Source: a virus
Lineage: Duplodnaviria; Caudoviricetes
Virus record (IMG/VR): IMGVR_UViG_3300028805_002025
Coordinates: 160,001 to 224,000 of that record
Strand: one strand, 5' to 3'
DNA: 64,000 nucleotides
Shown here: in pieces, positions 28,210-37,340 of the stretch
How positions within the stretch are numbered: the first letter of the stretch is position 1
Layout of the letters: every line of letters begins with the position of its first letter
Notes under the pieces: generated by a model
Told to the model about the DNA's origin: nothing
The model's database searches: none
What the model saw: the letters and a program-made list of their open reading frames with translations, nothing else
Translations under genes and position numbers: made by a program

Positions 28210-29352
28210 TTACCCAATTTGTGTTATTCTAACATAACCGTTGCCAGAGTGACCAGTCTCATTACCGCCAGATGTAGATGGGAATGACGTATCACCTCCT
28301 ATGGTTTCGGCATTGGAAAGATAATACTCACTACCAAGGGCATAACCACTTGGCTTATAACTACTTGAGGTTAGGACATATCCAGAACCGCCTCCAGCAG
28401 CAGACCTTTGTGAATAACCGCCGCCGTACCAGCCGCCGCCACCACCGACGGTTCTATAGCTAGTGTTGTTAGCATATGCGCCTCCACCAATTCCAAAGTC
28501 TGCAAGTGTTCCTTGGATAGTACTGTTCTTTGTATTAGTTCCATAATAGGAATCTCCTGCTGCGCTTTGTGTACCGCCTTGTCCACCTTTAGCTCCATCA
28601 GAAACTCTATCTTCTCCATTTCCTCCTGTAGAGCCGCCGCCGAAGCCGCCGTTTAATTGGGCCGTAGAATTGTATCTACCAGCTCCGCCACCTCCGCCAG
28701 CTACTATAACTCGGCACAATAACGAATCTGTTCCAATTCTTATATCTGAAGCTCCGCCACCACTACCACCATAGTAGTTTGCTGAAGTGCCATAAGAATT
28801 ACCACCGCCATTGAAGCCTCCACTATGGAAGCCAATACTAGAAGCATCTTCTCCGCTACCGCCTACATATACGTGTACTGTAGTAGGGCTGTTTATCTCT
28901 ATAGTTCCTACAGAATAGCCTCCTTTGCCTCCAGTAGCACCTGTTATAGAACCACCTTGTGCTCCCCAACATTCAAACGTATATGTTCCTGGCTGCAAAG
29001 TAGCTGTTTGTTTAGAACCAGTATAAGTATAATTTGTTACAACAGGTTCAAATTGTCCAACGCTTATGTTATAACTGCTAGATGCATCAGCATAATTAGT
29101 ACCACCAGTAATAGATGCTGTAATTGTTGCAGAACCATTAGCAACACCAGTTACAGTTCCACTACTATTAACTGTAGCCTTGCTTGTGTCAGAAGAAGAA
29201 TAAGTTAATGTTCCATCAGATGCACCTGCTGATACTGTTGCCACATTAGTTACAGTACCACCAACACTAACAGATGTGGTTGGATTAGAAAACGTTACTG
29301 TACGACTAATTTTAGAAGAACCTTTCATTGTTCTTGTTCTTAATGTTTGCAT
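28210..29352 (-). CDS. Fibre-tip adhesin A: Ig-like (Big_2) plus glycine-rich domain
   Basis: LTYSSSDTSKATVNSSGTVTGVA.G.ATITA (Big_2); PGTYTFECWGAQGG, GGGASDIR, VAGGGGG, GGGGGWYGGG, GNGYVRIT. Confidence 0.8.
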   Translation of the reverse strand: MQTLRTRTMKGSSKISRTVTFSNPTTSVSVGGTVTNVATVSAGASDGTLTYSSSDTSKATVNSSGTVTGVANGSATITASITGGTNYADASSSYNISVGQFEPVVTNYTYTGSKQTATLQPGTYTFECWGAQGGSITGATGGKGGYSVGTIEINSPTTVHVYVGGSGEDASSIGFHSGGFNGGGNSYGTSANYYGGSGGGASDIRIGTDSLLCRVIVAGGGGGAGRYNSTAQLNGGFGGGSTGGNGEDRVSDGAKGGQGGTQSAAGDSYYGTNTKNSTIQGTLADFGIGGGAYANNTSYRTVGGGGGWYGGGYSQRSAAGGGSGYVLTSSSYKPSGYALGSEYYLSNAETIGGDTSFPSTSGGNETGHSGNGYVRITQIG

Positions 29353-29381
29353 AATATGCCATATATTATTTAAATCATTAT

Positions 29382-32168
29382 TTAAATTCCTCTAACGTAT
29401 ATTTTATTGTTAACGTTTATGAAATCTACCTCAACAAATCCGTCTGCTGGTATTGATAAAGTAACGTTTGACCCACTAGGGCATACGCTTGATGTACTGT
29501 TATGCACTATAGTTACATTTCTTGCAGCAGAAGACGTAAGCATTACATGCGCTGAATGTCCTGCAACTGGCATCTTTCCTGATGCCAAACTAAGAGATGT
29601 TATATCTCCTGTTACTGTTAAAATAGTTAATGGTTTAGTACCATCGATTGTAACGGAACCAGATGTATTTCCATTATCTGAAGTTGTTGAAACAGCATAC
29701 GTAATTGCTGAATAGTTAGTATCAACGCTTCCTCCTCCAGAATCAAGGTCAGTTGCAGTAGTTGCAGTTGTGAAATGAGGTGGGGTAAGCGCATAAGTAT
29801 CTATTAATATGTTTCTTCCATATACAAGCTTTGACGCTGTTGTTGCTATAATACTCTTCTTTGCTGATACAATATTATTAAGTACAAATATACTTTGAAC
29901 AGTACCAGATGCACTAATATTTATTCCATTAACAGCAGGCTCTATAGTATTATTTCTAATTACTGCCGTTCCTAAGTCTTTTTGTATTAAAAGGAACTTA
30001 TCTTTAACTATATTACCTTCCACATATAATTCAGTAATAGCTGAAGCCGCTTCAAATAAGAATGTATCTGCTGAACTACTTTCTATATAATTATTTTTAA
30101 TATAAACGTAATCTGCTGTTACATTATTATAACTATATGTTTTTGTCTCTGCACTCGCCACATAATATGGGTAGTGACCATATCCAATAAATCTATTATT
30201 TTCAACAAATAATTTACTACATGTTAGCTTAGGCTTAGATTTTACGGTTGTATTAAGGTCAGAATCATATTCAAATGTGTTTCCCTTCATTACAATCTTC
30301 TTAAATCCAGTAATTGTATTAACAGCATTTCTTATATTATTGTTTTCTACAATAATCACCGTATTATCAATATTATAATAAGTTGGGTCAATTGATGTTG
30401 TTATAAATCTTACTAGTGTAGGCTTTTTCGTACTACCGTCCATTACATATGGCTGGTCATAAGAACAGTTATTTGAAATAACAAGAGTATCTTCTATACT
30501 ATCTTTAACCCATCCAGCTCTATCTGTTATTGTTTCAGCACCTATAGCAATAGAAGGTGTCTTCATTATATTACCACTAACTATGTGGTTGAAGTTTCCG
30601 AACTCACTTCCAGAAATTTCGTAGTCATATATGAAATTGTTTAAAATCTTATTGTTTTTACCCCTCATATATATACCAGCAGTTGTACACCCTTCAATTG
30701 TAACATATTCAGCGCATCCGTGCATATCAATTGCTGCTGGGAATCCATCCTTAATTGAATTAGCACGAATGTTTTTAACCAATATTTCTCTGCCTATTAC
30801 AGACAAATCATTATTTGCACCACCAATAGAAAGTGCGTGATTACCCCCAATGTAATCTCCACCTATAACGCTAATATTTTGACATCCACCAAAGGAAATA
30901 CCATAGCTATCAAAATCTGCGCTTTGATTTAGCGTTACATGGCATACACAATCAATTAATGACATATTATGGCAACCACTCAAAATAGAACATATTCTAA
31001 AATCAGTGACTTTAACATTTTCTATTTTTCCACAAATAGATGAATATATTACTAATCCTTGGAACTTACCATCTAATGTTGATGGGTTGTTCATTTTAAT
31101 GGTTAAATTCTTAATGTTGCAAGAAATTTGATTAAAGCCATATACTTTGCTTGAGCCTCCAAGATGTATGTATGAACCCATAAGAGGATGTCCTAATCTA
31201 AGAACATTACCTTCTATACCTCTTATAGTAGCAAATTCACATTGCTTATAAGAGCTTCTGTGAGGCGAAAAACTATATTCTGTATTATCTCTTACAGAAA
31301 CAACATCACCTGCATTAAACAAAGAACCATCCCCTACTGTTATGGTCTCATCACCTTTGTAGGCTTCAGAATTTATAGTGGTAGAAGTAAAAGTATCTTG
31401 ATTCTTTGGTTTTACAACAAACGCTTGTGCGTTAGATGTATATTGGAATTTTACTATTGCATTATTTCCGTTAATGAATATTGCTGTTTTATTATCTAAC
31501 TCCTTACTGACATACACAGATGTAGTATATTCTCCGAAAGCATATTCATATTTTGTTGGTCCATCCACATTATTTATGAACCTATGCCATGCATCAATAT
31601 CGTTATTAGCAAACCAGTTCTGGTATACTACGTCATTTTTACAAGTTCCACTAATAGTAATGCCACTACCAAATTTAACATTTCCGTAAAGGTAAGTGTT
31701 ATCTAAAACTAATGTTCCATTGTTTATACTACCACCAGCAAATTCAAAAGTACATCCAGAAGGAACTGTCACACTGCTACTTATAGCATAATCATATGAA
31801 ATTACATATACAACACTAGTAGAAGATAACATTTCAGTTGTTAAACTTCCATTATTTGGGTCCAGATACACTTTAGTTCCTTGTGTTGAGCCGCTGCCTT
31901 CTATTGTTATATTACCCTCTCCAAGTAATGATTGGTTGTTTATAGTTTTAATGTTAGTACCACTAACAAGTGTGTTTTGTTTAGTTGCTAATTTGCCATC
32001 TATAACTGAATCGGAAGAAAATGGTACAATTTCTGAATTTGTGTTCTTGATAAACAATGTTTCCTTGCCAGCAAATTTATTAACAGCAATTTCTCCGTCT
32101 AATAATGCTTGAGGTTGTCTATCTTCAATGGCACTTGTTATGTGTCTATATCTAAATTTTTTTGCCAT
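29382..32168 (-). CDS. Tailspike-like fibre protein with parallel beta-helix (putative polysaccharide depolymerase)
   Basis: N-terminal GEIAVN....LFIKN junction; central Asn-rich beta-helix pattern (YGISFGGCQNISV, HALSIGG, AIDMHG); C-terminal ...IYVRGI domain. Confidence 0.75.
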   Translation of the reverse strand: MAKKFRYRHITSAIEDRQPQALLDGEIAVNKFAGKETLFIKNTNSEIVPFSSDSVIDGKLATKQNTLVSGTNIKTINNQSLLGEGNITIEGSGSTQGTKVYLDPNNGSLTTEMLSSTSVVYVISYDYAISSSVTVPSGCTFEFAGGSINNGTLVLDNTYLYGNVKFGSGITISGTCKNDVVYQNWFANNDIDAWHRFINNVDGPTKYEYAFGEYTTSVYVSKELDNKTAIFINGNNAIVKFQYTSNAQAFVVKPKNQDTFTSTTINSEAYKGDETITVGDGSLFNAGDVVSVRDNTEYSFSPHRSSYKQCEFATIRGIEGNVLRLGHPLMGSYIHLGGSSKVYGFNQISCNIKNLTIKMNNPSTLDGKFQGLVIYSSICGKIENVKVTDFRICSILSGCHNMSLIDCVCHVTLNQSADFDSYGISFGGCQNISVIGGDYIGGNHALSIGGANNDLSVIGREILVKNIRANSIKDGFPAAIDMHGCAEYVTIEGCTTAGIYMRGKNNKILNNFIYDYEISGSEFGNFNHIVSGNIMKTPSIAIGAETITDRAGWVKDSIEDTLVISNNCSYDQPYVMDGSTKKPTLVRFITTSIDPTYYNIDNTVIIVENNNIRNAVNTITGFKKIVMKGNTFEYDSDLNTTVKSKPKLTCSKLFVENNRFIGYGHYPYYVASAETKTYSYNNVTADYVYIKNNYIESSSADTFLFEAASAITELYVEGNIVKDKFLLIQKDLGTAVIRNNTIEPAVNGINISASGTVQSIFVLNNIVSAKKSIIATTASKLVYGRNILIDTYALTPPHFTTATTATDLDSGGGSVDTNYSAITYAVSTTSDNGNTSGSVTIDGTKPLTILTVTGDITSLSLASGKMPVAGHSAHVMLTSSAARNVTIVHNSTSSVCPSGSNVTLSIPADGFVEVDFINVNNKIYVRGI

Positions 32169-32207
32169 ATAATATTAAATTATAAAATTTATTATTTTAA
32201 AAATCGT

Positions 32208-32243
32208 AAAAGGTAGTGGTAAATATTTCAACCACTACCTTAT
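32208..32243 (-). terminator. Hairpin/terminator between fibre genes
   Basis: AAGGTAGTGGT...ACCACTACCTT inverted repeat with a short T-tract on the minus strand. Confidence 0.65.
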
Positions 32244-32252
32244 TAGTTTTTA

Positions 32253-33641
32253 TTAGAATGTTCCTGCGTCAAGGATTATAGTGTCTCCATCAACAGTCAA
32301 ATCGCTAACTCCACTTGTAGAAAGTTCAGTAATCGAAATCTCTACATTTCCACTGCCAAGAAGTGTTTTATTAGCAACTGTCTTAATGTTAGTGCCACTT
32401 ACCAACGTTTCTTGTTTTCCACTAAGTGCTGTGTCTACCTCAGTCTTTGTGTAAGTTGTTGCTGTGTCTGCTTTTGCTCCAATTGCTGTATCAACCTCAG
32501 TCTTTGTGTAAGCGTTAGTAATACCGTAACCAGAAAGTGTTGTTGCTGTGTTAGCCTTACCTGCAAGTGCTGTATCAACCTCAGTCTTTGTGTAAGTTGT
32601 AGCAGCATCAGCCTTTGCGCCAACTGCTGTATCAACCTCAGTCTTTGTGTAAGTTGTAGCTGTGTCTGCTTTTGCTGCAAGCGCTGTGTCTACCTCAGTC
32701 TTTGTATAAGCATCTGTAATACCATAGCCAGCAAGGGTTGTTGCAGCATCTGCTTTTGCTCCAATTGCTGTATCAACCTCAGTCTTTGTGTAAGCATCTG
32801 TAATGCCATAACCTGCAAGAGTGGTTGCTGTGCTTGCCTTACCAGAAAGTGCTGCGTCAATCTGAGCCTTTGTATAATAGTTGGTAGCATCAAATATGTC
32901 TGAAATAGGAATGTTAATATTCTCTTTTCCACTATCAGCGTTAAAAGTAATTACAAGGCATGTAACTCCATCGACTGTCTTGATTTCAACATTGGAAACC
33001 ATACCATCCTTGATAAAGGCGCTAGCATCAATATAAGCCTTTACGGTACTTCCATGCTTGAAATTAATTCTAGTTGTTGCGCTATCATATTCAGCGCCAT
33101 CAAAGAAATCCTTGATGTTATTTGTAATTGCTGAATCTGCCTCGGCTTTTGTATAAGCATCTGTAATACCATAGCCAGCAAGAGTTGTTGCTGTGTTAGC
33201 CTTTGCAGCAAGTAAACTGTCCACATCGTCCTTTGTATAAGTTGTTGCTGTGTTTGCCTTACCAGCAAGTGCTGTGTCTACCTCAGACTTTGTGTAAGTA
33301 GTAGCAGTATCAGCCTTACCATTGAGCAAACCATCTACCTCAGTCTTTGTATAAGTAGTAGCTGTATTAGCTTTGCCTGCAAGTTCACTATCCAAAGTAT
33401 CAATTGCACCAGATAATGCTTCAATCTTTGTTTCAATAGCCCCACCGCCAGATGCTATTTTTGCATCAATTTGGTCTTCTGTAATGAATTTTACAACGTT
33501 ACCACTGCTATTCTTTAAGAATAACTTTTCTCCTCCAGCTGCAATGTTAACAGCAATTTCCGCATCTTTCAACACAGATGATGAAGGAGTAGCACCACTT
33601 GTTGAGGTCTTAAGATGTTGATACCTAAATGTTTTTGCCAT
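32253..33641 (-). CDS. Repetitive fibre shaft protein
   Basis: gp37-like N-terminus, many YTKTEVD repeats, C-terminal LDAGTF. Confidence 0.8.
   Translation of the reverse strand: MAKTFRYQHLKTSTSGATPSSSVLKDAEIAVNIAAGGEKLFLKNSSGNVVKFITEDQIDAKIASGGGAIETKIEALSGAIDTLDSELAGKANTATTYTKTEVDGLLNGKADTATTYTKSEVDTALAGKANTATTYTKDDVDSLLAAKANTATTLAGYGITDAYTKAEADSAITNNIKDFFDGAEYDSATTRINFKHGSTVKAYIDASAFIKDGMVSNVEIKTVDGVTCLVITFNADSGKENINIPISDIFDATNYYTKAQIDAALSGKASTATTLAGYGITDAYTKTEVDTAIGAKADAATTLAGYGITDAYTKTEVDTALAAKADTATTYTKTEVDTAVGAKADAATTYTKTEVDTALAGKANTATTLSGYGITNAYTKTEVDTAIGAKADTATTYTKTEVDTALSGKQETLVSGTNIKTVANKTLLGSGNVEISITELSTSGVSDLTVDGDTIILDAGTF
32420..33380. repeat. Coding tandem repeats of 57 bp and 84 bp
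   Basis: ACCTCAGTCTTTGT recurs at 57- or 84-bp spacing; unit YTKTEVDTA...KA..ATT with optional LAGYGITDA; two blocks separated by one non-repeat domain. Confidence 0.92.
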
Positions 33642-33674
33642 AATTCTATTTATTTTTTTTATGTTATTTTTTTT

Positions 33675-34640
33675 TTACGCAAAAGTTCCTGCGTTTAATA
33701 TTATATTTCCACTTTCATCTACTATAAAAGTTTCTTGTATTGTTTTTACAACTTCTACTTCTACTTGTTCTTTAACTATAGTATCAGTTTGCTCTTTGGT
33801 GTAAACTTCATATTCTGGTCCGTCATTAGAAGTGTCAACAAATAGTTCAGTGTTAACGCTAGTAGGGGTCGTATCACTAATCACGATGTTATCGTCTATT
33901 AATGTTGTCACACCACTTATTTGTTCATCTACTTGTTCCTTAGTATAAACAAGAACAGAACTATCCTCATTAACATCAATGAAAACCTTTGTATTTGAAC
34001 TTATAGTATCAGCACTAGTTCCAATTTGAACCTCATAAGCATTTTCAGCTAACCCACTAATAGATTCAATTTTAGACTCTGTAGAAGACGAAAAATCATT
34101 AAATGAAGATTCATCCACCTTTGTGCCAACAATGCCGCTAATAGCCTCCAAATCACTTTGTAATGCCCTTTCAGCTAGTTCTTCCTCAAGTTCGGTGTCC
34201 TTTTCTTCGAGTTCTGAAACCTTTGTATCAACAGCCCCACTTAATTCATCAATTGCTTGAGATATTTTAGATATTGTGTCCCCACTGAGTTCATCTGTTT
34301 TTCTTTCAAGTACGTCAAGCCTATCATCTTGTTCATAATCCTTGACAACAACAGAATCAATCATAGAGTCAATTTGTTGCTTAGTATATACTTCTGTAAC
34401 CGCAGAATCACTCAAGTCAATCCAAATTTCAGTGTTAACTTTAGGCTGGCCACTAGAAATTTCAACCTCATCATGGAAAAGAACTATTTCATCAGCATCG
34501 TTCTGTAATGAAATGGTCTCAGTACCTTTATGGTAATTAATAGCCAATTCACCTGGAAGCAATGAATCAGGTAGTTTTGGTTGCCCATTGTTAGAAACCA
34601 CCTTACTTCTTAAATGCTGTATATGCCTTTTTTCTGCCAT
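33675..34640 (-). CDS. Fibre adaptor / branching protein
   Basis: N-terminal IQHLRS...LLPGELAINY; three (V/I)xIS...NT(E/K)(I/V/L)(W/F)(I/V)D repeats; C-terminal LNAGTFA. Confidence 0.7.
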   Translation of the reverse strand: MAEKRHIQHLRSKVVSNNGQPKLPDSLLPGELAINYHKGTETISLQNDADEIVLFHDEVEISSGQPKVNTEIWIDLSDSAVTEVYTKQQIDSMIDSVVVKDYEQDDRLDVLERKTDELSGDTISKISQAIDELSGAVDTKVSELEEKDTELEEELAERALQSDLEAISGIVGTKVDESSFNDFSSSTESKIESISGLAENAYEVQIGTSADTISSNTKVFIDVNEDSSVLVYTKEQVDEQISGVTTLIDDNIVISDTTPTSVNTELFVDTSNDGPEYEVYTKEQTDTIVKEQVEVEVVKTIQETFIVDESGNIILNAGTFA

Positions 34641-34678
34641 ATTTATATATTATTTAAAAATATTATTATAAAGAATGA

Positions 34679-37252
34679 TTAGTTATATTTCCCTATTCTA
34701 AGTGTATATCCCATGTTTCTTCTAATCATAGCACCCTTTCCATTTACTCCATATACACATGTATTCCAATCTCCTGCTTCAGCATAATATGATTCTCCCC
34801 AATAAGTAGATGTCCACCAGCGTAAAACATCATCTGGAGTTGCTTGTTTTCCGATGGCTACACGACACTCATCTATTTGGTCTTTATAATTTAACAATGT
34901 AAGCATTTCCTCATATGATGGAAGATATGTGTGTCCTCCAACGGTAAAATCTCTCATAATCATTCCGTCTCCATCTAACAAAGGTTCAATTATGTTTGTG
35001 TTATATTCTCCATCATCCATACTTGTTGCTGCTGAAACTCCTGGTACTTGGTATCCAGACTGATAACTAAGTCTTGCCATATTATAAGTTTCATCAACGT
35101 ACACTCTTCTCTTCCAATTACCGTCAACAACGATAATAGAGTTTACTTGTCCTGTACCCTTTGTTGGCCAACAAGATGCTGAGAATAAATCACCATTTGT
35201 GTTCTCAATATATGCACCATCTAAATGAGTTGGGGCGTTAATAACATTAACGCTATAAGTTAATTTTTGGTCTTCTGGCACTGTAATCCAACAGTTATTT
35301 GTTGACGCTGCACTACATGTGATTGATGCGTTTCCTTGATTAATACCAGTAACAGTACCTCCAGAATCCACTATTGCTACATTTTCATTTGATGAAGAAT
35401 ATATTAATTCACCATCATAGTAATTAACTATAGTACCTCCAGAATCTACTATAATACATGGATTGTTTACTGTCTCACATTCATTTACAGTTGTTATCGG
35501 CTCGTTAGCATATTCTAAAGTGAGTACTGCCTTTTTAATTGAAGCAGCATAAAAAGAATCTGTAACACTACTTGTATAATTAGCATTTTCTGCTGAATAG
35601 TATGTAATTAAATTTGAAACGTTGGCATCTTTTCCTTGAGGTATTTCAGTTGAAAATGGACCGCCGTTTACGTTGTACATAATCACACTAGTTCCGCTAG
35701 CTGGCGTACACAAATCTTGATATTCTCCATTGTAATGCAAATTTAAAATACTGTAAGCTATTTCTAATATTTGGCCTTGTGCCTTATTAATTCGTGTTTC
35801 ATAAACTGCTGGTTCTGTTCTACTATACCATGCATTCCAATTGCTTGTTGCATCCATATAGCAATATACCGTCCAAGGTCCACCTGCATTTTTTTTCTGT
35901 GGAATTGATAAACTCCAAGTTCCACTATCCCCTAATTTATAGTGCATTGTGCCACTTGTTGAAGGTTTGTTAACAATCAACAAATCTTGGTTTTGTCCGT
36001 TATAAGTAGCATTACTTGGATATACAGTTATCGGACAATCACCTTTTTCTATTCTAGTAGTAACAGTTCCACTTACTGTGTTGTAGTTAGAAGTATAAAT
36101 AGGAGTAAACTGCCAAGTAACTGTATAGTTACCTACGTTGATTGCGGTATTATTTTCATATGTAAAATTGCCACTCACACTTGCAACGCCACCACTAACT
36201 AGCGTTTGTTCTTCTTCATTATATTTTAAGTTAGGAATTGCTTGTGGCTCAGTTTGTACTGGATTTGCCTTTTTAATTACATAACTTGCATCTGTTTGGG
36301 CAATATTATAATTACCACCAACTTCATCCATAATATGAGTTGCATAAGTTCCTGCATTAATTGTAGGGGTTATCGTATAAATATATTCTACACTTGGAAT
36401 AACTGTGTTTCCATCTTTAACAGTAACTTCTGTCGGATATTGTTCGTACCCATTATATGTAAAGGCAGATGGATTTAAAATAACTGTTGGACTGCTAACA
36501 GTCTTAGGTGATATTGTAGTAACAATTGTCTCAGAAGCCTTGTCGTTATGATTACTATCGCCTACAATCCTCCAATAAGATGTATATGTATTGGCATCAG
36601 TGCCACTTGGTATTACGGTACTCCAAGTGCTGTTATCACTGCTATACTGTATTGTGCCACCAGTACAGTAGCCAGCATTAAGCAATGCTTTTGAAGTGGT
36701 GTCATATGTTCTGTTATTAGCTGTAGGCGCTGTATAGGTAGGATTTGCCTTTGTAATTGTAAAGTTTACACTACCATTAACGTCATAGTTACCACCACTA
36801 ACATCACTAATATAAACAACTCCTGTACCAGTATTTACGTTACTACCATAACTAACAGTATATTCACTAGAAGGTATTTCCACGCTGCCATCTTTAACAG
36901 ATATAACAGATGGTTTCTTCTGACTACCATCGTAAGTATAGCTAGTTGGGCTGATTGTTATGGTTGGGTTATAAACGTATTTACTATCTATCACAAATGT
37001 TCCACTTGCTGTTCCTTCGTAATTGCCAATACCAGATACAACAACTGGATAACTCCCAGCGTTAACGCCTCCACTATTTACACTTACAACATAATCAGTG
37101 CTTTCTACCAAAGTAAGTCCATTAAGCACAACAGATATGTTTTGTGCTACTTGACTGTTTCCGTTGTATGTTGCGTTTGAACATGTAACAACAGCATTAG
37201 TTATTGGTATAAAACTATGGGTAGTACTTTTTAAAAAAGCTCTTCTTCTCAT
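34679..37252 (-). CDS. Adhesin: tandem MBG/Ig-like repeats, Big_2 and C-terminal C-type-lectin-fold-like domain
   Basis: TYNG..Q...Y..NAG.Y repeats; YSSSNENVAIVD..G.VTG; GEYNT..I...YLPSYEEM...WWTST. Confidence 0.72.
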   Translation of the reverse strand: MRRRAFLKSTTHSFIPITNAVVTCSNATYNGNSQVAQNISVVLNGLTLVESTDYVVSVNSGGVNAGSYPVVVSGIGNYEGTASGTFVIDSKYVYNPTITISPTSYTYDGSQKKPSVISVKDGSVEIPSSEYTVSYGSNVNTGTGVVYISDVSGGNYDVNGSVNFTITKANPTYTAPTANNRTYDTTSKALLNAGYCTGGTIQYSSDNSTWSTVIPSGTDANTYTSYWRIVGDSNHNDKASETIVTTISPKTVSSPTVILNPSAFTYNGYEQYPTEVTVKDGNTVIPSVEYIYTITPTINAGTYATHIMDEVGGNYNIAQTDASYVIKKANPVQTEPQAIPNLKYNEEEQTLVSGGVASVSGNFTYENNTAINVGNYTVTWQFTPIYTSNYNTVSGTVTTRIEKGDCPITVYPSNATYNGQNQDLLIVNKPSTSGTMHYKLGDSGTWSLSIPQKKNAGGPWTVYCYMDATSNWNAWYSRTEPAVYETRINKAQGQILEIAYSILNLHYNGEYQDLCTPASGTSVIMYNVNGGPFSTEIPQGKDANVSNLITYYSAENANYTSSVTDSFYAASIKKAVLTLEYANEPITTVNECETVNNPCIIVDSGGTIVNYYDGELIYSSSNENVAIVDSGGTVTGINQGNASITCSAASTNNCWITVPEDQKLTYSVNVINAPTHLDGAYIENTNGDLFSASCWPTKGTGQVNSIIVVDGNWKRRVYVDETYNMARLSYQSGYQVPGVSAATSMDDGEYNTNIIEPLLDGDGMIMRDFTVGGHTYLPSYEEMLTLLNYKDQIDECRVAIGKQATPDDVLRWWTSTYWGESYYAEAGDWNTCVYGVNGKGAMIRRNMGYTLRIGKYN

Positions 37253-37340
37253 AATATATGATTATATCTAAATTTATTATATTTTAAGATTGTGGCCATA
37301 ATTTATGACCACAATCGTTTTCTTTTATTAATTGTTTTAT

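Noticed and set aside
32420-33380. Regularly spaced direct repeats resembling a CRISPR array
   Set aside because: They are in-frame coding repeats whose intervening sequences are also repetitive; no cas genes are present.
37226-37252. MRRRAFLK matches the twin-arginine (Tat) consensus
   Set aside because: No hydrophobic h-region follows, the gene lies in a fibre operon, and it follows a YVRG-ending gene just as the other Arg-rich start does. A docking motif explains it better.
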